Positions 52,108-61,059 of a stretch of DNA of 64,000 bases are shown in pieces. Within the stretch, counting starts at the first letter, position 1; each line of letters begins with the position of its first letter. The notes below the pieces were generated by a model. The model saw nothing but the letters and a program-made list of their open reading frames with translations, was not told the origin of the DNA and made no database searches. Source of the stretch: an uncultured delta proteobacterium (GTDB lineage: Bacteria; Myxococcota_A; Polyangia; Polyangiales; Polyangiaceae); the NCBI GenBank assembly GCA_963806225.1, contig CAWDXG010000004.1, positions 2,400,001-2,464,000 of the forward strand. The letters are read 5' to 3'. A program made the position numbers and the translations under genes.

Positions 52108-53577
52108 CTATCTCGGCAGGCGGAACGCGACGCCGCCGCCGAGCATCCAGCCCTGGGCGGACCAGCCCGGGTAGCCCGGGTTGTTCGTCTGCAGCCCCTT
52201 GGCTCCCGGAAGCGGCTGGTTCTTGACGATGTCGGTGGCGTTGTCGGGCACTTCGTCGATGACGGGGTGGGCAGCATCGGCGCTCTTGGTCACCGAGCGC
52301 TTCAGGAGCAGCTGGCCGCTCAGATAGAAGCCCATGCCGAAGCTCGCACCGAGGACGGAAGTGGGCGTGTCGAAGGCGAGGCTGGCGACGATCTTCGAAC
52401 TGTCGACGTAGTTGGTGCGGCCGGTCTGCTTCGGGACCGGCGACGGCACGTAGCCGAGGTCAGCGGAAATGCGCTGGCTGCCCATGTCGACCGCGCCACC
52501 GAGGGTCGGGGAGATGGTGTCCTTCCAGGTGTCGAGCGGTTTCTCGTTGTGGCGATCGCGGTACTGCGACCAGCGCGTGAGCACAGCCTGGGCGCCGACC
52601 TGCCAGTTCTTCCCCAGCCCTCGCGTGTGGGCCGAGTAGACGCCACCGATAGCGACGCGCAGCGGCTCGTAGCCCTGCGAGAACTCGTAGAGCTGCTTGA
52701 TGGAGTTCTGTCCCTCCGGATACTTGTAGTTCCAGAACCGGAGCTGGTTCTGGCCGTCCGTGCCGATGGAAGTCGCCATGTGCATCACCATGGTGACCCG
52801 CAGGTGCGGGTTCGGCTGCGTGACCACGGAGAAGTACGGAGCGGCGGTCGTGGCCGTCCGGATATTGGGGCCGAGCAGTACCTGGCTCTGGTCACCGGCA
52901 TCGGGGACGTACACCGCCATGTCGGTGCGCGTGCCGATGGTAATGTCCGCGCCGCCGCCGACGGAGAGCCAGTCGGCCAGGCGGCTGCCGAACGCCACGG
53001 CGAACGTGGTCATCGTCTTGCGGTCGCCGAGAAGCTCGTAGTGCAGCTGGTTGGTGAAGTACTGCGCGCGCTCGTCGGAGAAGTAGCCGTGCTGCTCGAG
53101 GAAGCTGTGCAGCGGCAGGAGCGTGTAGAAGCCGAACACGAGCCGGTCGCCGAACACCGGGCGGACGACGCCGAGGGCGGCGTAGCCGGTGGTGTCGCGC
53201 ACCAGGGTGTTCCGGCGTGGGTTGACGAGCTCGGCGGTGGGAAGCGGGCGCAGAGCCAGGCGCTGGGTGCTACCCGGACTGCCAAGCTGCGCGTCGTAGA
53301 TCGACTCGGGCACGTCCACACCAGCCGGCCGCGGCAGCAAACCGATGCTGGTGTGGGTGATCAGCAGGAAGTAGCCCGCTTCGGTGGTGGGCGAGGTATC
53401 CGGCAGCAGGGCGGGGTTGAAGTACGCCACCGCCGCACCGCGCCCGAGCACCCGCGCGCTCATGCTGTTCGTGCTGGTCGGCGCTCCGGTCAGCTCCAGC
53501 GTCGCGCCGGCGCGCGCAGCGGAGGCCGCGAAAAGCAGCGACGCCGCGACGGCGACGGCAGGCCCGAGGTCCCGCAT
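52108..53577 (-). CDS. Outer-membrane beta-barrel (OmpP1/FadL-like)
   Basis: Signal peptide; YFNPALL (NPA motif); amphipathic strands; aromatic residue near the C-terminus. Confidence 0.7.
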   Translation of the reverse strand: MRDLGPAVAVAASLLFAASAARAGATLELTGAPTSTNSMSARVLGRGAAVAYFNPALLPDTSPTTEAGYFLLITHTSIGLLPRPAGVDVPESIYDAQLGSPGSTQRLALRPLPTAELVNPRRNTLVRDTTGYAALGVVRPVFGDRLVFGFYTLLPLHSFLEQHGYFSDERAQYFTNQLHYELLGDRKTMTTFAVAFGSRLADWLSVGGGADITIGTRTDMAVYVPDAGDQSQVLLGPNIRTATTAAPYFSVVTQPNPHLRVTMVMHMATSIGTDGQNQLRFWNYKYPEGQNSIKQLYEFSQGYEPLRVAIGGVYSAHTRGLGKNWQVGAQAVLTRWSQYRDRHNEKPLDTWKDTISPTLGGAVDMGSQRISADLGYVPSPVPKQTGRTNYVDSSKIVASLAFDTPTSVLGASFGMGFYLSGQLLLKRSVTKSADAAHPVIDEVPDNATDIVKNQPLPGAKGLQTNNPGYPGWSAQGWMLGGGVAFRLPR

Positions 53578-53631
53578 TGGCCGCCAGCATAGTAGAAGCG
53601 GGAGCCTACCGCGAGTCCCTGCGAGAGCGCT

Positions 53632-54972
53632 TCAGACCAGCGGCTCGAGCGTGGCGGCGAAATGGCGGAGCAACGGCGGCTCCTTCACGATGCGGTAGCC
53701 CGGAATACGGTCGAGCCGCTTCCCGATCCGCTGGGCGGTCTCGATCACCCAGTCGACGTGCGAAGCGGTGTACACACGGCGCGGCAGGGCCAGGCGCACC
53801 AGCTCGTGGCGCGCCGCATCGCCGAACATGAGCGTCCCGATTTCCACGGTCCGCACCCCGCCCTCCAGGAACAGCTCGACCGACAGGGCCTGGGCCGGCA
53901 TCTGGGCGGCCGGAATGTGCGGCAACGCCCGCGCCGCATCGATGAAGACGGCATGTCCGCCCGGCGGCTCCACGATCGGCAGCCCCGCTTCGCGGATGCC
54001 GCGCGCGAGGTAGGCGACAGTCGCTTCGCGGTAGCGCAGGTAGTCGGGGTCCAGCGCTTCTTCAAGTCCCACGCCCATGGCCTCCAGGTCGCGACCTGCA
54101 AGGCCGCCGTAGGTCGGAAAACCCTCGGTGAGGATCAGCAGCGTGCTGAAGCGCTCCGCCCAATCATCACGATTGGTGGCCAGGATGCCGCCGATGTTGA
54201 CGATCCCGTCCTTCTTGGCGCTGAGTGTGCAGCCGTCGGCGAGCCGGAACATTTCGTGGGCGATCTCGGCCGGCGTGCGCTCGCCCTGCCCGGCCTCGCG
54301 TCGGCGGATAAGCCAGGCGTTTTCCGCGAAGCGGGCGGCATCGAGGAAAAGCGGCACCTTGTAGCGATCGCACAGCGCGCGCACGGCCTTGAGGTTGTCG
54401 AGCGAAACCGGCTGCCCGCCAGCGGCGTTGTTCGTGAGCGTGACCATGACGAGCGGTACGCGCTGCTGTCCCGTCAGGACGCGCTCGAGGGCGGCAAGAT
54501 CCATGTTGCCGCCGAAGGCGTCCGTGCTTCCCACCGGGATGTCGTGTGCGATGCCACCCAGGTGCTCCAGGTTCGCGCGCGTGGTGTCGAAGTGCGTGTT
54601 GTTCGGCACGACGTCACCCGGTTTGATGACAGCTTCGAACAGGATGCGCTCGGAGGCGCGGCCCTGGTGCGTCGGCAGGATGTGCCGGTAGCCCGTCAGC
54701 CGCCTGACGATCGTCTCGAAGTGATCGTAGGATCGACTGCCCGCGTACGACTCGTCGCCGCTCAGGAGAGCCGCCCACTGCCGGTCACTCATGGCTCCCG
54801 TTCCCGAATCGGTGAGCAGATCGATCGTGACCTTCTGCGCAGCGATATTGAACAGGTTGTAGCCCGCGTGCCTGAGCAACTCGTGGCGCTCGGCCCGGGT
54901 CGTAAACGGGATCCGCTCGATGGCCTTGATACGGAACGGCTCGACGATGGTCCTGAACGGCGTTTCGTCCAT
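53632..54972 (-). CDS. tnaA: Tryptophanase / tyrosine phenol-lyase family beta-eliminating lyase
   Basis: EPFRIK, DLLTDSGT, GDESYAGS, PTHQGR, HFDTTR, SAKKD (PLP Lys), EGFPTYGGLAGRD, PRRVYT; substrate not resolved. Confidence 0.88.
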   Translation of the reverse strand: MDETPFRTIVEPFRIKAIERIPFTTRAERHELLRHAGYNLFNIAAQKVTIDLLTDSGTGAMSDRQWAALLSGDESYAGSRSYDHFETIVRRLTGYRHILPTHQGRASERILFEAVIKPGDVVPNNTHFDTTRANLEHLGGIAHDIPVGSTDAFGGNMDLAALERVLTGQQRVPLVMVTLTNNAAGGQPVSLDNLKAVRALCDRYKVPLFLDAARFAENAWLIRRREAGQGERTPAEIAHEMFRLADGCTLSAKKDGIVNIGGILATNRDDWAERFSTLLILTEGFPTYGGLAGRDLEAMGVGLEEALDPDYLRYREATVAYLARGIREAGLPIVEPPGGHAVFIDAARALPHIPAAQMPAQALSVELFLEGGVRTVEIGTLMFGDAARHELVRLALPRRVYTASHVDWVIETAQRIGKRLDRIPGYRIVKEPPLLRHFAATLEPLV

Positions 54973-55097
54973 GCTCTGCCTCTTTTCCCGGCGCGGCGCC
55001 GGCAACGGGTCGCGGATCGGCTTCGTCGCGCGCCGGAAACAGCCCACGTCGACGGACGCCAAGCGGCCACCCGGTCAAACCGCAGGCGGGGGTGGTG

Positions 55098-55586
55098 TCA
55101 GCGAAGTTGTCCCAGTTCCAGCTCGAGGCAGAGCCGCGGCGCGGGCCGGAAACCGGCGTGCTGGAAGAAGCCGATCAGGCCCACATGATCCCACGCGACC
55201 TCGGTCTCGATCTTCTCGATCCCGAGTGCGCGCAGATTCGTGCCGAGCTGGTGCAAGAGCGCCTTGCCCACGCGATGCCCCGCGAAAGCCGGCGAGACGC
55301 CCAGCGAGTCCAGAATCGCGACCGGTTCGGGCAGACCGAACTCGCCGTAGTACAGCCGTCCGGTCATGAATCCCGCTGGTTCACCCTTGACGAAGGCGGC
55401 CAGCGAAATGCGCACTCCCGTGTCCTCTTTCGCTTCGGCGAGCTTGACCCGGTAGTACTCGCGCCGCGAGCGGCCGCTATGCTGCTGGTCGATGCGGACC
55501 ACCCAGTCGAGATCGTCCTGCGTGAGCGTGCGAACTTCCACGTGGTCAGTATCGAGAGTGCCGGGCTGCCGATCGAGCTCGTCCAT
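55098..55586 (-). CDS. GNAT family N-acetyltransferase
   Basis: LGVSPAFAGHRVGKALL, LIGFFQHAGF. Confidence 0.85.
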   Translation of the reverse strand: MDELDRQPGTLDTDHVEVRTLTQDDLDWVVRIDQQHSGRSRREYYRVKLAEAKEDTGVRISLAAFVKGEPAGFMTGRLYYGEFGLPEPVAILDSLGVSPAFAGHRVGKALLHQLGTNLRALGIEKIETEVAWDHVGLIGFFQHAGFRPAPRLCLELELGQLR

Positions 55587-55610
55587 GCTGTTTCCTGCTT
55601 TCGTTGTCGT

Positions 55611-56051
55611 TCAGTCGACCGAGACCTGACGCAAGCGCGCCCACTGTTGCCCCAGGCGTTCCAGCGCGTCTTCTTCCACAGCCTCGACAGCAACAGGTAG
55701 CACGATTTCGTCTTCCTTCTGGAAGTGCTCCCGCGCCACGTCGATCATCTCCTGGACCCTGCCGCGCAGCGCATCCAGATCGCCAACCGAGTGGACACCT
55801 GCAAACAGATCCTCGATCTGCTGGTGCTCGCTCCGCATCGCGCCGAGCGGTCCATCCTTCCGTCGCGATTCCAGCCTGGGGAACAGCAGCTCGTCCTCCA
55901 CCTTCGCGTGGCTGACCAGAACTGGCGCCAGCAGGTCCATCGCGAACTGCAGCGCGGCGATGGAGTCCGTCTCGTCGTTCAGCTCTTCCAGGCGATCGAA
56001 GAGAGCGTAGAAGATGGCGTGCTCCGCCAGAAGCGCATCGGTGATCTTCAT
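55611..56051 (-). CDS. Hemerythrin (HHE) domain protein
   Basis: EH...HAKVEDELLFP...EH...HFQKEDEIVLP. Confidence 0.9.
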   Translation of the reverse strand: MKITDALLAEHAIFYALFDRLEELNDETDSIAALQFAMDLLAPVLVSHAKVEDELLFPRLESRRKDGPLGAMRSEHQQIEDLFAGVHSVGDLDALRGRVQEMIDVAREHFQKEDEIVLPVAVEAVEEDALERLGQQWARLRQVSVD

Positions 56052-56128
56052 TGGGTGATCCTCCGCTGCAGTCTGGCGCCCGGTCCGCGGACAACCAATG
56101 ACGAGAGTCAGCAGCCAGGGCCGGTCAC

Positions 56129-56197
56129 TTGACGGACGTCATTTCCACCACGAGAGGACCGGAGCCCGCCTGTCAACCTCGAATTGACCCGGACCAA
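56129..56197. promoter_or_regulatory. Two Crp/Fnr-like boxes upstream of the hemerythrin operon
   Basis: TTGAC-N4-GTCAT (56129-56142) and TTGAC-N4-ACCAA (56184-56197). Confidence 0.45.
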
Positions 56198-56282
56198 CGG
56201 GTTCGGGACGCCAATAGCTGTCCGGATCCGCCCAGATTCCGGCCCGGTCGCGGGAGCGCGGGGGCTATCATCGTGCCTCCAG

Positions 56283-58169
56283 ATGTCGCGCACCCGCTAT
56301 CTGCTGGTTCTGGCCCGGCTGGAAACCGAGCGCCAACGCAAGCTCGGCGTGATCGCCTCGGCGAGTCAGCTCGAGCTCGCCGCCGTCTCCGATATCGCTT
56401 CGGCCCTGACCTGGCTGGAGCGTCACGAGCCGGAGGTCGTAGCGCTCGACAGCTCCATCCCGAAGGCCGAGCAGCTCTGCCAGAAGCTCCGGGGCCGCAA
56501 GACCTGGGGCCGGGTGCCGATGATCGCGCTCGCCGAGGAACCGAGCGACGCGCACGTCGAGAAGCTGTTCGCGATGGGGGTCGACGACGTCGTACCAGTG
56601 TCGGCGTGGCCGGCGTTCATCGCGCGTCTCCGCGCGCTGCCGCGAGTTGAATCGATCCATCCGCCGCCGGCGCGAGGCAAGGCCATCGTGGCCGACCCGG
56701 AGCGCGAGCGTTGCGATGTGATCGGTCGCGTGCTGACGAACGCCGGCTTCGATGTGCGCTACGCCCTCGATCGCCGCGCGCTCGAGTACTACTCGCTGCA
56801 GACCGACGTCGATTTGATCATGGTCAACGTGGAGCTCGGGGATCCGCGCCAGCTCGTGGAACAGGCGCGGAAGAACAAGAGCACCGCTGCCTGGGTGGTC
56901 GCAAGCCGGCGCCGTGATCTGGACGAGCATGCCCGCGCCCTCGCCGATCTGGACAAGGTCGCACTGGCGCCGGCGCTGGGAGCGCCGGAAAGCATCCTGT
57001 TCGTCGCCAACGAGCTGCTTTCCAACAGAAGAACAGCGCGACAGAGCACACGGGTGCTGCACGGCACGCTGGTCACCTTCCGTCCGGCCGGCGCCGATTC
57101 GGACGATCTCGGCTTCACCTACAACATCAGCTCCCAGGGGCTCTACGTGCGCACGCTCGCTCCCCCGGAAGGCGAGGAGGTGTGGCTCGAGCTGACACCG
57201 CCGAAGCACAACCGCCGGGTCCGCCTGCTCGGGCGCGTCGTATGGCGACGGGGCTTCGAGGGCAACACGGGGGCTTCGGTCCCGCCCGGCTTCGGCGTCC
57301 AGTTGCTCGACGGCCTGGGAGATGGACTTTCCCTGTGGCAGCAGGGCTACCGGACGCTTGACGGTGCCGTTGTCACCGAAACGCCTTCGCGCCCGAAATC
57401 GAAGCCGCCTCCGAAACCGGCGTCGTACCGGCCGCCGCCGGACAACAGGAGCAAGTTGAACGGCCCGCCAGAGCTCGTGGAAGAAGTGGAGCCGCAGCTC
57501 ACCGCGATGGCGCCCCGGTTGGCGTCGAAGCCGGACATGCTGCGCGCCTCCGCTCCCATGATCGAGATGGGGGCGCCGGAGTCGATGACGGAGGTGGTCG
57601 AGATGCCGTCGCCTGCACGGCCGGCGACCACACCCGCGGCCACGCCCGCGACGCCCGCGACGCCCGCGACGCCCGCGCCGACGGCAGAAGGCGGTTCGCG
57701 TGGAGGGCTCTGGCTCCTGATTCTGCTCCTCGTGGTGGCGGCGGGCGCCGCAGTGTTCGTGCTCTGGCAGCGCGGCCTGTTCGGCGGCGGCCAGAAGGCG
57801 CCCCCGCCGGCAGCGGACGCGCAGGCGTCGGCTGCACCTGGGCCGGCGAACGCGGCGCCGAGCGTGGCTTCGTCCGCCTCGGCAGCGCCGTCCGCCAAAG
57901 CGCCGCCCGAGCCAACCGCGGATCTCTCGGCACTGACCCCGACCGAAGGCTACCTGTACGTGAAGATCCCGCTCCAGGCGAAGGTCTACATCAACGGCCG
58001 CTCGATCGGCCCGACCAACGAGCCCGTGAAGACCGGCTGCGGCATGCGTTTCGTGCGCGTCGGACAGGACGGCGGCCACTGGCTGAGCAGCGGCCGCTCG
58101 ATCAAGATCGCATGCGGCAAGCTCACCAAGGCCGAGTTTTCGCCGAGCCCGCCGCCGGGCGCCAACTAG
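56283..58169 (+). CDS. Membrane signalling protein: two receiver-like domains, PilZ, TM, PEGA-like domain
   Basis: PEVVALD and DLIMVN receiver-like segments; RQSTR..NISSQG PilZ motifs; TM; AKVYINGR.IGPT. Confidence 0.8.
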   Translation: MSRTRYLLVLARLETERQRKLGVIASASQLELAAVSDIASALTWLERHEPEVVALDSSIPKAEQLCQKLRGRKTWGRVPMIALAEEPSDAHVEKLFAMGVDDVVPVSAWPAFIARLRALPRVESIHPPPARGKAIVADPERERCDVIGRVLTNAGFDVRYALDRRALEYYSLQTDVDLIMVNVELGDPRQLVEQARKNKSTAAWVVASRRRDLDEHARALADLDKVALAPALGAPESILFVANELLSNRRTARQSTRVLHGTLVTFRPAGADSDDLGFTYNISSQGLYVRTLAPPEGEEVWLELTPPKHNRRVRLLGRVVWRRGFEGNTGASVPPGFGVQLLDGLGDGLSLWQQGYRTLDGAVVTETPSRPKSKPPPKPASYRPPPDNRSKLNGPPELVEEVEPQLTAMAPRLASKPDMLRASAPMIEMGAPESMTEVVEMPSPARPATTPAATPATPATPATPAPTAEGGSRGGLWLLILLLVVAAGAAVFVLWQRGLFGGGQKAPPPAADAQASAAPGPANAAPSVASSASAAPSAKAPPEPTADLSALTPTEGYLYVKIPLQAKVYINGRSIGPTNEPVKTGCGMRFVRVGQDGGHWLSSGRSIKIACGKLTKAEFSPSPPPGAN

Positions 58170-58742
58170 CTACAGGAGCTTGAGCTGCCGCGGAGAGAGG
58201 CGGTCCATGACGGCCTGCTCCGCCGCGTCGAGCCATCCGTCGCGCGCGGAGGGATCGAGACGGAGCGCCGCGAGCTCGCGCTCGACGATCTCGCGATCCA
58301 ACCGCTCCTCGATGGCGCGCTGGAACACCGGATCGGTGGTCCGGACGCCATCCGCCGTCGGATCCCCCACGATGGGCACCTGGATGAGCAGATCGTACGA
58401 CCGCATCCAGAAGTCGACGAGCGAGTCGAGCCCGTCCTGGCGCCCCGCGGCCAAGAGCAGGTACACGTAGTTGTCAAGCGCACTGCGATCGCACAGGACA
58501 ACCGGGTAGCGCGCCTCGGCGATCACTTCCTCGGCGATCTGCGTGTGCAGGATCCACGACTCGGACGCGAGCCCCGTCTCCTCGTTGATAGGCAGCGGAC
58601 AGCGGCGCGCAACCTCGTGCACCACCTCCAGGACCACGTCGCGCGACTTGAGCCGCGACGCCAGCCCGTAGCACAGCGTGGTCTTGCCGACGCCGTGCGT
58701 TCCCACGAACGCAACCTTCAAGCGCTCCCCTCGGTCTTTCAC
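58170..58742 (-). CDS. P-loop NTPase / nucleotide-kinase-like (AAA_28)
   Basis: GTHGVGKTT, HEVAR, CDRSALD; TACAAT lies 6 nt before GTG. Confidence 0.85.
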   Translation of the reverse strand: MKDRGERLKVAFVGTHGVGKTTLCYGLASRLKSRDVVLEVVHEVARRCPLPINEETGLASESWILHTQIAEEVIAEARYPVVLCDRSALDNYVYLLLAAGRQDGLDSLVDFWMRSYDLLIQVPIVGDPTADGVRTTDPVFQRAIEERLDREIVERELAALRLDPSARDGWLDAAEQAVMDRLSPRQLKLL

Positions 58743-58812
58743 GCGGTGATTGTAGTCGATACGACCGGCAGCCGCGACTACCACGTGGACGACGGTAGCG
58801 ATGCACGCCGGG

Positions 58813-59415
58813 ATGCGGCAAGATCGCCGGGCTGTGGCAGTCCTCACCCGCCGCCGTCTGATCCAGACCGGCATCGCCGGAACTGCGCTGCTCGCCGTCG
58901 GCGGCACCGTGCTCGGCTGGGCTACGCTGGGCTACCACCTCGAGCCCGGCGAGTGGGCGATCGGGCTCAGCGTGAAGGAGTTCTGCGTCGTGCGCGCGCT
59001 GGTGGACACGATGGTTCCCGGCGGCGGCAAGCTCAAGCCCGGCGTCGAGCTCGGCGTGCCGCAGCGAATCGACGAGGAAGTGTGGGCGGCGGACGACGGC
59101 ATGCGCTCGGACGTCCGGAACATCCTGCAGTTCATCGAGCACGTCCCGCCGGTGTACGGGCACTTCGGGCGCTTCACCTCGCTCGACCGAACAGCGCGCG
59201 AGAAGGTGCTGCGCTCGCTCATGGCCTCCTCGCAGACGATCTTCGTGCAGGCCGCCACGGCGGTGAAGGAGCTGGTCTACCTCTACTACTACTCGCACGA
59301 CGAGACCTGGGACGCGCTCGGCTACCCGGGACCGCTGGTCGACTACAACAAGCCGCCGGCCAGTGCGCTCCGCTACCAGCAGCTCATCGCGACGCGGAAA
59401 GCGGGGAAGTCGTGA
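58813..59415 (+). CDS. Gluconate 2-dehydrogenase subunit 3-like protein (Tat-like signal)
   Basis: LTRRRLI signal; RFTSL...R; YY....W..LGYPGP; overlaps the GMC start. Confidence 0.8.
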   Translation: MRQDRRAVAVLTRRRLIQTGIAGTALLAVGGTVLGWATLGYHLEPGEWAIGLSVKEFCVVRALVDTMVPGGGKLKPGVELGVPQRIDEEVWAADDGMRSDVRNILQFIEHVPPVYGHFGRFTSLDRTAREKVLRSLMASSQTIFVQAATAVKELVYLYYYSHDETWDALGYPGPLVDYNKPPASALRYQQLIATRKAGKS

Positions 59416-60989
59416 TCCGCCAGGGCCCCGAGCTCATCAAGGCCGGCAAGGACGTGAGCGAGAAGTGCGACGTGTGTGTCATCGGCTCGGGCTGCGGCGG
59501 CGCGTCGCTCGCGGCACGCCTGGCGGAGGCGGGCAAGAGCGTCGTCATCGTCGAGCAGGGCGGCTACTACACGAAGGACGACTTCGATCAGCGCGAGGCG
59601 CACATGCTCGCCAAGATCGACGGCGGGCGCGGGCTGCACACCAGCGTCGACGGCTCCATCGCGATGACCTACGGGCACAACGTGGGCGGCGCGAGCGTGC
59701 ACTACTGGGCCGACAGCTACCGCACGCCGCAGGACCGGCTGGAGCTCTGGGAGAAAGTGTTCGGCATCGAGGGGCACACCGAAGAAATCCTGAAGCCGCA
59801 TTTCACCCGGATCGAGCACGACCTGAACGTGCACCCCGCCACGGGGCCGTACACCAACCACATGAACGAGCTGCTCCACAGCGGAGCCCAACAGCTCGGC
59901 TGGCACGTCGCGCGCGTGCCACAGGCGCGCAAGGGCTGCGTCTCGAGCGGGTTCTGCATGCAGGGCTGCTCCTACGACGCCAAGCAGAGCCAGCTCATCA
60001 CGTACATCCCGCGCGCGCTCGATCACGGCGCGCGACTGTACTCCGACATGCGGGCGTCCCGGCTCGTCTTCGACGGCGCGAAGGCCAAGCAGCTCGAGTG
60101 CCACGTCCTCGACCGCGCCACGGGACGCTCCCGGGGCCCGAAGCTCACCGTCGACGCGAAGGCCTTCGTCGTAGCGGCCGGCGGCTACGGCACGCCGTTC
60201 TTCCTGCTGGAGCAGGGGCTGAAAGCGAAGCTGCCCGCCATCGGCGAGCATTTCTTCTGCAACCCCTGCCCCATGGTCCACGCGCTGTTCGACGAGGACA
60301 TCCTGCAGTGGAAGAACATCCCTGCCGCGTGGGGCATCGATCACTTCCGGCTCGCCAAGTACGACGGCCACCAGAAGATCTTCGGCTGGCCCGGTGCAGG
60401 CCGCTACATGGAGGGCGGCTACCTGTTGATGGCCAACCAGCTGCAGCCGGCCACGCTCGCGGCGGTGCTGCCGGGCTTCGGACACGAGCACGAGAAGCTG
60501 ATGACCGACCTGCCACGGCTCGGCGGCACCATCTGCTGGATCGACGACGCCGAGGAAGGTCGCATCACTCTGGAAGACGGGCGCCGCAAGGTGTACGTGC
60601 CGCTCACTGGCGAAAACGAGCGGCGCATCCGCGACGCTTTCTACAAGCAGGCACGCCTCTTGCTCGCGGTCGGGGCGCGCGAGGTCATGTTCGGTGATGC
60701 CGCCGACACGCGCATCCACCACGGCGGCGAGATCGAAAAGGCCGTCAAGCGCCTCGATTTGGGCCCCGCCCGGAACATCTTCGCCGCGCCCCATCCCGGT
60801 GGCGGCGCGCGCATGGGCAAGAACCCGAAAGACACGGTCGTCGACTTCGACCACCGCGTCCACGGCTTCGACAACCTCTACGTCTCGGATCCCAGCGTCC
60901 TGCCCACCCCGCCCAGCGTCGACCCGAGCCTGTCGATCATGGCGTTTTCCTTCGTGGCGGCGGACCGGATCAAGGACGCGCTGGGCTAG
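59412..60989 (+). CDS. GMC family oxidoreductase
   Basis: DVCVIGSGCGG, VGGAS, GCVSSGFCMQGC..DAKQS, HP.GG.RMG, NLYVSD.SVLP..P.V.P. Confidence 0.92.
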   Translation: MIRQGPELIKAGKDVSEKCDVCVIGSGCGGASLAARLAEAGKSVVIVEQGGYYTKDDFDQREAHMLAKIDGGRGLHTSVDGSIAMTYGHNVGGASVHYWADSYRTPQDRLELWEKVFGIEGHTEEILKPHFTRIEHDLNVHPATGPYTNHMNELLHSGAQQLGWHVARVPQARKGCVSSGFCMQGCSYDAKQSQLITYIPRALDHGARLYSDMRASRLVFDGAKAKQLECHVLDRATGRSRGPKLTVDAKAFVVAAGGYGTPFFLLEQGLKAKLPAIGEHFFCNPCPMVHALFDEDILQWKNIPAAWGIDHFRLAKYDGHQKIFGWPGAGRYMEGGYLLMANQLQPATLAAVLPGFGHEHEKLMTDLPRLGGTICWIDDAEEGRITLEDGRRKVYVPLTGENERRIRDAFYKQARLLLAVGAREVMFGDAADTRIHHGGEIEKAVKRLDLGPARNIFAAPHPGGGARMGKNPKDTVVDFDHRVHGFDNLYVSDPSVLPTPPSVDPSLSIMAFSFVAADRIKDALG

Positions 60990-61059
60990 CTACGGTGCGG
61001 CCCGTGCCACGAAACTCGCGGCTATTCGAGGCCTTGCGGTTGGGCCACCGCCCTCCGGC

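Noticed and set aside
58170..58742. P-loop protein as part of an anti-phage system
   Set aside because: Solitary gene with no effector or partner nearby
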